DNA of 64,000 nt. It comes from Leptospiraceae bacterium. GTDB taxonomy: Bacteria > Spirochaetota > Leptospiria > Leptospirales > Leptonemataceae. The DNA is taken from contig JAVJNR010000002.1 of the NCBI GenBank assembly GCA_040217195.1, positions 480,001-544,000 of the forward strand, written 5' to 3'. The notes below the pieces were generated by a model, which made no database searches, was not told the DNA's origin, and worked only from the letters and a program-made list of their open reading frames with translations. Positions 60,872 to 64,000 of the stretch are shown here, one piece after another (positions within the stretch are counted from its first letter, which is position 1; every line of letters starts with the position of its first letter). Made by a program: the position numbers and the translations under genes.

Positions 60872-61276
60872 CTATAGCTGGCGGTTCTCCTGCCTGGTCA
60901 CAATGGCAATATTGGTTGCTCCAATGCGTTTCAACTTCTCAAAGAGGCGATCCAGCACTTCAACCGGAAGATTGTCGTGTGCATTGATGACCACACGGGC
61001 CCCGGGATTTAGCTGCACCTGTTCCTGAACTTTGGCCACAGTGGCATCCAGACCCATGGCAATATTTCCGAAGTAGAATTGCTTATTTCGGTCTACGCTG
61101 ATTTGGAGATCTTTCTCTTTAATCTCCTCTCCGCCTGCATCGGGTAGAATTAGAGGAAGGTCTGCATCTACCTTCAAGACGGATGTTACCATGAAGAAGA
61201 TTAGAAGCAGGAATGCGATATCAGCCATGGAGCTAATGGGCACATTTGCGAATATTTTGCGTCTTCTAATTGCCAT
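60872..61276 (-). CDS. exbD: Biopolymer transporter ExbD
   Basis: SSMADIAFLLLIFFMV. Confidence 0.9.
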   Translation of the reverse strand: MAIRRRKIFANVPISSMADIAFLLLIFFMVTSVLKVDADLPLILPDAGGEEIKEKDLQISVDRNKQFYFGNIAMGLDATVAKVQEQVQLNPGARVVINAHDNLPVEVLDRLFEKLKRIGATNIAIVTRQENRQL

Positions 61277-61404
61277 ATATATTTGCGTATCTTGTTAGAA
61301 TTGGTTCTATTTTTCGTGAAGGATTCCAGTGTGAATGTCGCTTGCCAGGCCCACCTCAGAGACAACTCTCATTCGATGGGCGCACAGCCGGAACAATCCA
61401 GTCT

Positions 61405-61824
61405 CTACTCCACAAAGTTCTGCATGGATATCTTTACAAATCCTCGCTTCTTTACCTCTGATAATACAGTTACCAGATTCTGAACGTTGGTATCCCTTGC
61501 TGAAATAACCGCGAACTTCTCTTTGATTTCCGGGATTTCCAGCTTTTCCAGTTCTTCACCAAAACCGCGCAAAGAAGGGAAGCGCTTGGTGCCAAAGGAT
61601 GAATTATCCATTTCAACGCTGTCGCCAACGATCTTGACGGTCACTACCTTATCCCGCTCTACCATCTGAGGGCTGGAATCCTTCTTGGGAAGGTTGGCCA
61701 GTATTCCTTCTTTTACATAGAACACTGATGCGACCATGAAAAAGACCAGCAGAAGGAATGCCAGGTCAGACATGGATGCCGCTGAGATCTCTTCTACATT
61801 GGTCTTCTTTCGTAGCTTAACCAT
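61405..61824 (-). CDS. exbD: Biopolymer transporter ExbD (second copy)
   Basis: SMSDLAFLLLVFFMV. Confidence 0.88.
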   Translation of the reverse strand: MVKLRKKTNVEEISAASMSDLAFLLLVFFMVASVFYVKEGILANLPKKDSSPQMVERDKVVTVKIVGDSVEMDNSSFGTKRFPSLRGFGEELEKLEIPEIKEKFAVISARDTNVQNLVTVLSEVKKRGFVKISMQNFVE

Positions 61825-61868
61825 TGTTCCTCTCCGAAAATCCTTGAGAATCCTTCTGGTGGCGCAAA

Positions 61869-62738
61869 TTAAGCGGCAGCCTTTCCGGATTTTTTCAGCA
61901 GTTCCTTATAGAGGTGATTCGCTGCCTGCTCCACTTCAGTGGCGAAAGCATTCACTTTACTCTGGAAGAACTGAAAGAATGTCATGGCTGGAATGGCCAC
62001 AATCAGGCCGCCCGCAGTTGTAAGAAGTGCTACTTTAATACCACCTGCTACTACCTTGGCATTTACGCTATCTGCGTTTGCGATTGCATCAAATGCCTCA
62101 ACCATACCCGCAACCGTTCCCAGAAATCCAATGAGCGGAGCGATGGTAGATACTGCGGCCAGAATCGGAAGTCCTCTTTCTGCCAGGGCCAGATATCCTC
62201 CAGCTTCTCGCTCAACACCTTTGCTGAAGTGCTCGGGATCGCCTTCGGAAACGGCCAGTCCCTCATTCAGGATTTTAGATATAGTCAGTTTTTCGTTGGC
62301 AGCCAGAATATCTTTGGCTCCATCCATGCCCTTTGTGTTCAGTGCATCCACCAGATCCTGCTCGAATGTCCGATTGGAGAGCTTTCGGGTGGTGAAAAAA
62401 TAGATTCTCTCAAAGAATACAGCCAGGCCAATGACTCCGGCTATGAACAAAACCCACATGAAGCTTCCGCCAGCCTGGAAATAATCCCAGAGCAGGAATC
62501 CGCCGCCTTCTGCATCTGTTTGACTCTCGTCGGCAGTCGGCTCCGATGCTGGAGTTTCTTGCTCAGGTCCGGATTCTTCAGATGCGGGCTCCTCGCCTTC
62601 CACCTGGGGAGCTGGTTGAGCCTGTAGAGGGTTACTCTGTTCCAGCTGCACAAAAAGCATGCTGCCCATGGCCACAGCCAGTATCAAAATGATCTTTTTC
62701 TCTCTTAGGAGTGATGATAAGTAGTTGTGCATATTCAT
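61869..62738 (-). CDS. exbB: MotA/TolQ/ExbB proton channel with N-terminal signal/linker
   Basis: APLIGFLGTV.GM, GGIKVALLTTA.GL.VAIP; start uncertain (62738, 62732 or 62774). Confidence 0.9.
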   Translation of the reverse strand: MNMHNYLSSLLREKKIILILAVAMGSMLFVQLEQSNPLQAQPAPQVEGEEPASEESGPEQETPASEPTADESQTDAEGGGFLLWDYFQAGGSFMWVLFIAGVIGLAVFFERIYFFTTRKLSNRTFEQDLVDALNTKGMDGAKDILAANEKLTISKILNEGLAVSEGDPEHFSKGVEREAGGYLALAERGLPILAAVSTIAPLIGFLGTVAGMVEAFDAIANADSVNAKVVAGGIKVALLTTAGGLIVAIPAMTFFQFFQSKVNAFATEVEQAANHLYKELLKKSGKAAA

Positions 62739-62781
62739 CTCTGTAGTTGTTGAAAAGTTGCGCTTAAGATGCACTGATCAT

Positions 62782-62819
62782 GTTACATCATTGTGACGAG
62801 ACGAATACAACAGGGTAAT
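62782..62819 (-). promoter_or_regulatory. Second Pho-box-like direct repeat, upstream of exbB
   Basis: Minus strand GTCAC-aatgat-GTAAC (11-bp period), plus ATTAC two periods upstream; CATCTT 10 nt downstream. Confidence 0.5.
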
Positions 62820-62950
62820 ACCCTGGTGCGATGCAGTCTCTGAATTTGTCGGGCCTGCATCCCACCACGGATCCTGCAGGGCCACCGTTTGTCTGCTTGC
62901 CGCCGGAATCTTTCACTTGCCTGGTCCCCCGGAAGGCGTGGATTGGAGCC

Positions 62951-64000
62951 ATGGGCTCTCTAACCGATGTGGATACTATAGTAGTGGGAGCTGGCCCCAT
63001 CGGACTGGAGTTGGGCGTGGCTCTCAAGCAGCGTGGGATGGACTTTGCCATTATCGAAGCAAACCAGGTGGGACATACAATTGGATGGTACGCCCCGGGA
63101 ACTCATTTCTTCAGTTCACCGGAGCGAATTTCCATAGCCGGAGTGCCTCTTATGACCCGGGATCAGGGGAAGGCCACTCGCGAAGAATACCTGGATTACC
63201 TTATGGGCGTTGCCTGGCAGTTTGACCTGCCCATCTATTCCGGGATGCGGTTCAAAGAACTGCGATCTCTGAATAAACTGGAGGGCTCCACTTCCTATGG
63301 CTGGGAGCTGGGAATTGGGCGATGCGGTGCTCCAGAGGGTTCGCAGAGCCTTGAGCAGAGCCGATTGAGTATCCGGTGTAGGAACTTGATTCTTGCCATT
63401 GGAGATATGCATAAACCGCGAATGCTTGGCATTCCCGGGGAGAATCAGGCTAACGTTAGTCACTACCTACAGGAATTGAGGCATTATTTCAGGCAATATG
63501 TGGTCATTGTGGGTGGGCGCAACTCAGCTGTGGAAGCGGCCATTCGAATCTATCGAATGGGTGGTCGTGTTACAATTGTGTATCGTGGAAGCTCTCTGGA
63601 TGATACAGGTATCAAATACTGGCTCTATCCAGAAGTCGCATCCTTAATAAAGAATGGTATGATTCGTTTTCTGAATGAGGCCCAGGTCACAGGTATTGAG
63701 GGAAATCGCCTTTTCTATAGAAGAAAGTCAGAATCTGGTCCGGACTCCCGGCTAGACTCTCAGTATTCAGCATCCAATTTCAGAGATTCTGGTCAAAGCG
63801 TTCTGCAAAAAGCAACTAATTCCACATCCAATGACACTGATTCGAAGGGACCGGACGATACAAAATCTGCAAAATCCAGGTCGGAGCGTTCGCCTGAAGC
63901 AACGCAGCCGGAAACAAAGGACTCATTCCCGGGGCAGGAATTCCTGATAGCAGACCAGTTTCTGCTGCTTACTGGATATGTGCCCGACAATTCCTTCTAT
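62951..64000 (+). CDS. YpdA/Bdr-like FAD/NAD(P)-dependent oxidoreductase (3' truncated; absent from ORF track)
   Basis: Manual translation open to window end: IVVGAGPIG, HFFSSPE, TREEYLDY, GIPGE, IVGGRNSAVEAA, IKYW, LLTGY.PD; no CxxC. Confidence 0.85.
   Translation, partial: MGSLTDVDTIVVGAGPIGLELGVALKQRGMDFAIIEANQVGHTIGWYAPGTHFFSSPERISIAGVPLMTRDQGKATREEYLDYLMGVAWQFDLPIYSGMRFKELRSLNKLEGSTSYGWELGIGRCGAPEGSQSLEQSRLSIRCRNLILAIGDMHKPRMLGIPGENQANVSHYLQELRHYFRQYVVIVGGRNSAVEAAIRIYRMGGRVTIVYRGSSLDDTGIKYWLYPEVASLIKNGMIRFLNEAQVTGIEGNRLFYRRKSESGPDSRLDSQYSASNFRDSGQSVLQKATNSTSNDTDSKGPDDTKSAKSRSERSPEATQPETKDSFPGQEFLIADQFLLLTGYVPDNSFY

Noticed and set aside
61914..62627. 237-aa plus-strand ORF opposite exbB, and similar ones opposite the TBDR and the giant lipoprotein
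   Set aside because: They are antisense shadows of well-supported genes.

Overview
Bacterial chromosomal window, roughly 50% GC by eye. It is most likely from a Leptospiraceae-type spirochaete, based on the 130-aa L14 with the [16 protein letters not shown] insert, the short-LID Adk and spirochaetal lipoboxes; this is an inference without a database search. Bases 1-14.6 kb hold a fused tuf/S10-spc-alpha ribosomal superoperon. It includes rpmJ, which the ORF track misses, but has no rpsD or map. Bases 14.6-32.4 kb hold housekeeping and envelope genes: a CymR-like Rrf2, GT4, DedA, CobB, tRNA-Val(GAC) followed by a structured repeat-bounded element, VKOR-DsbA, ribH-nusB-TPR, a HEAT protein, a DUF2064-GT2 fusion, an adenosine deaminase-like gene and NamZ. 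Bases 32.5-41.5 kb hold the best candidate for an uncharacterised system: MoxR AAA+, an unknown protein, a HEXXH-peptidase/vWA fusion, a helical protein, an adenylate-forming ligase and NadR, split by a convergent CDF/ZIP metal transporter pair. Bases 41.5-50.4 kb hold PstS, AlkD/dioxygenase, signalling genes and an ArsP/thioredoxin pair. Bases 50.6-62.8 kb hold a minus-strand TonB module (exbB-exbD-exbD-tonB, a giant surface lipoprotein, a beta-helix lipoprotein, a small lipoprotein and a TBDR) with Pho-box-like 11-bp direct repeats. The window ends inside a YpdA-like flavoprotein. I saw no CRISPR array, integrase or transposase.
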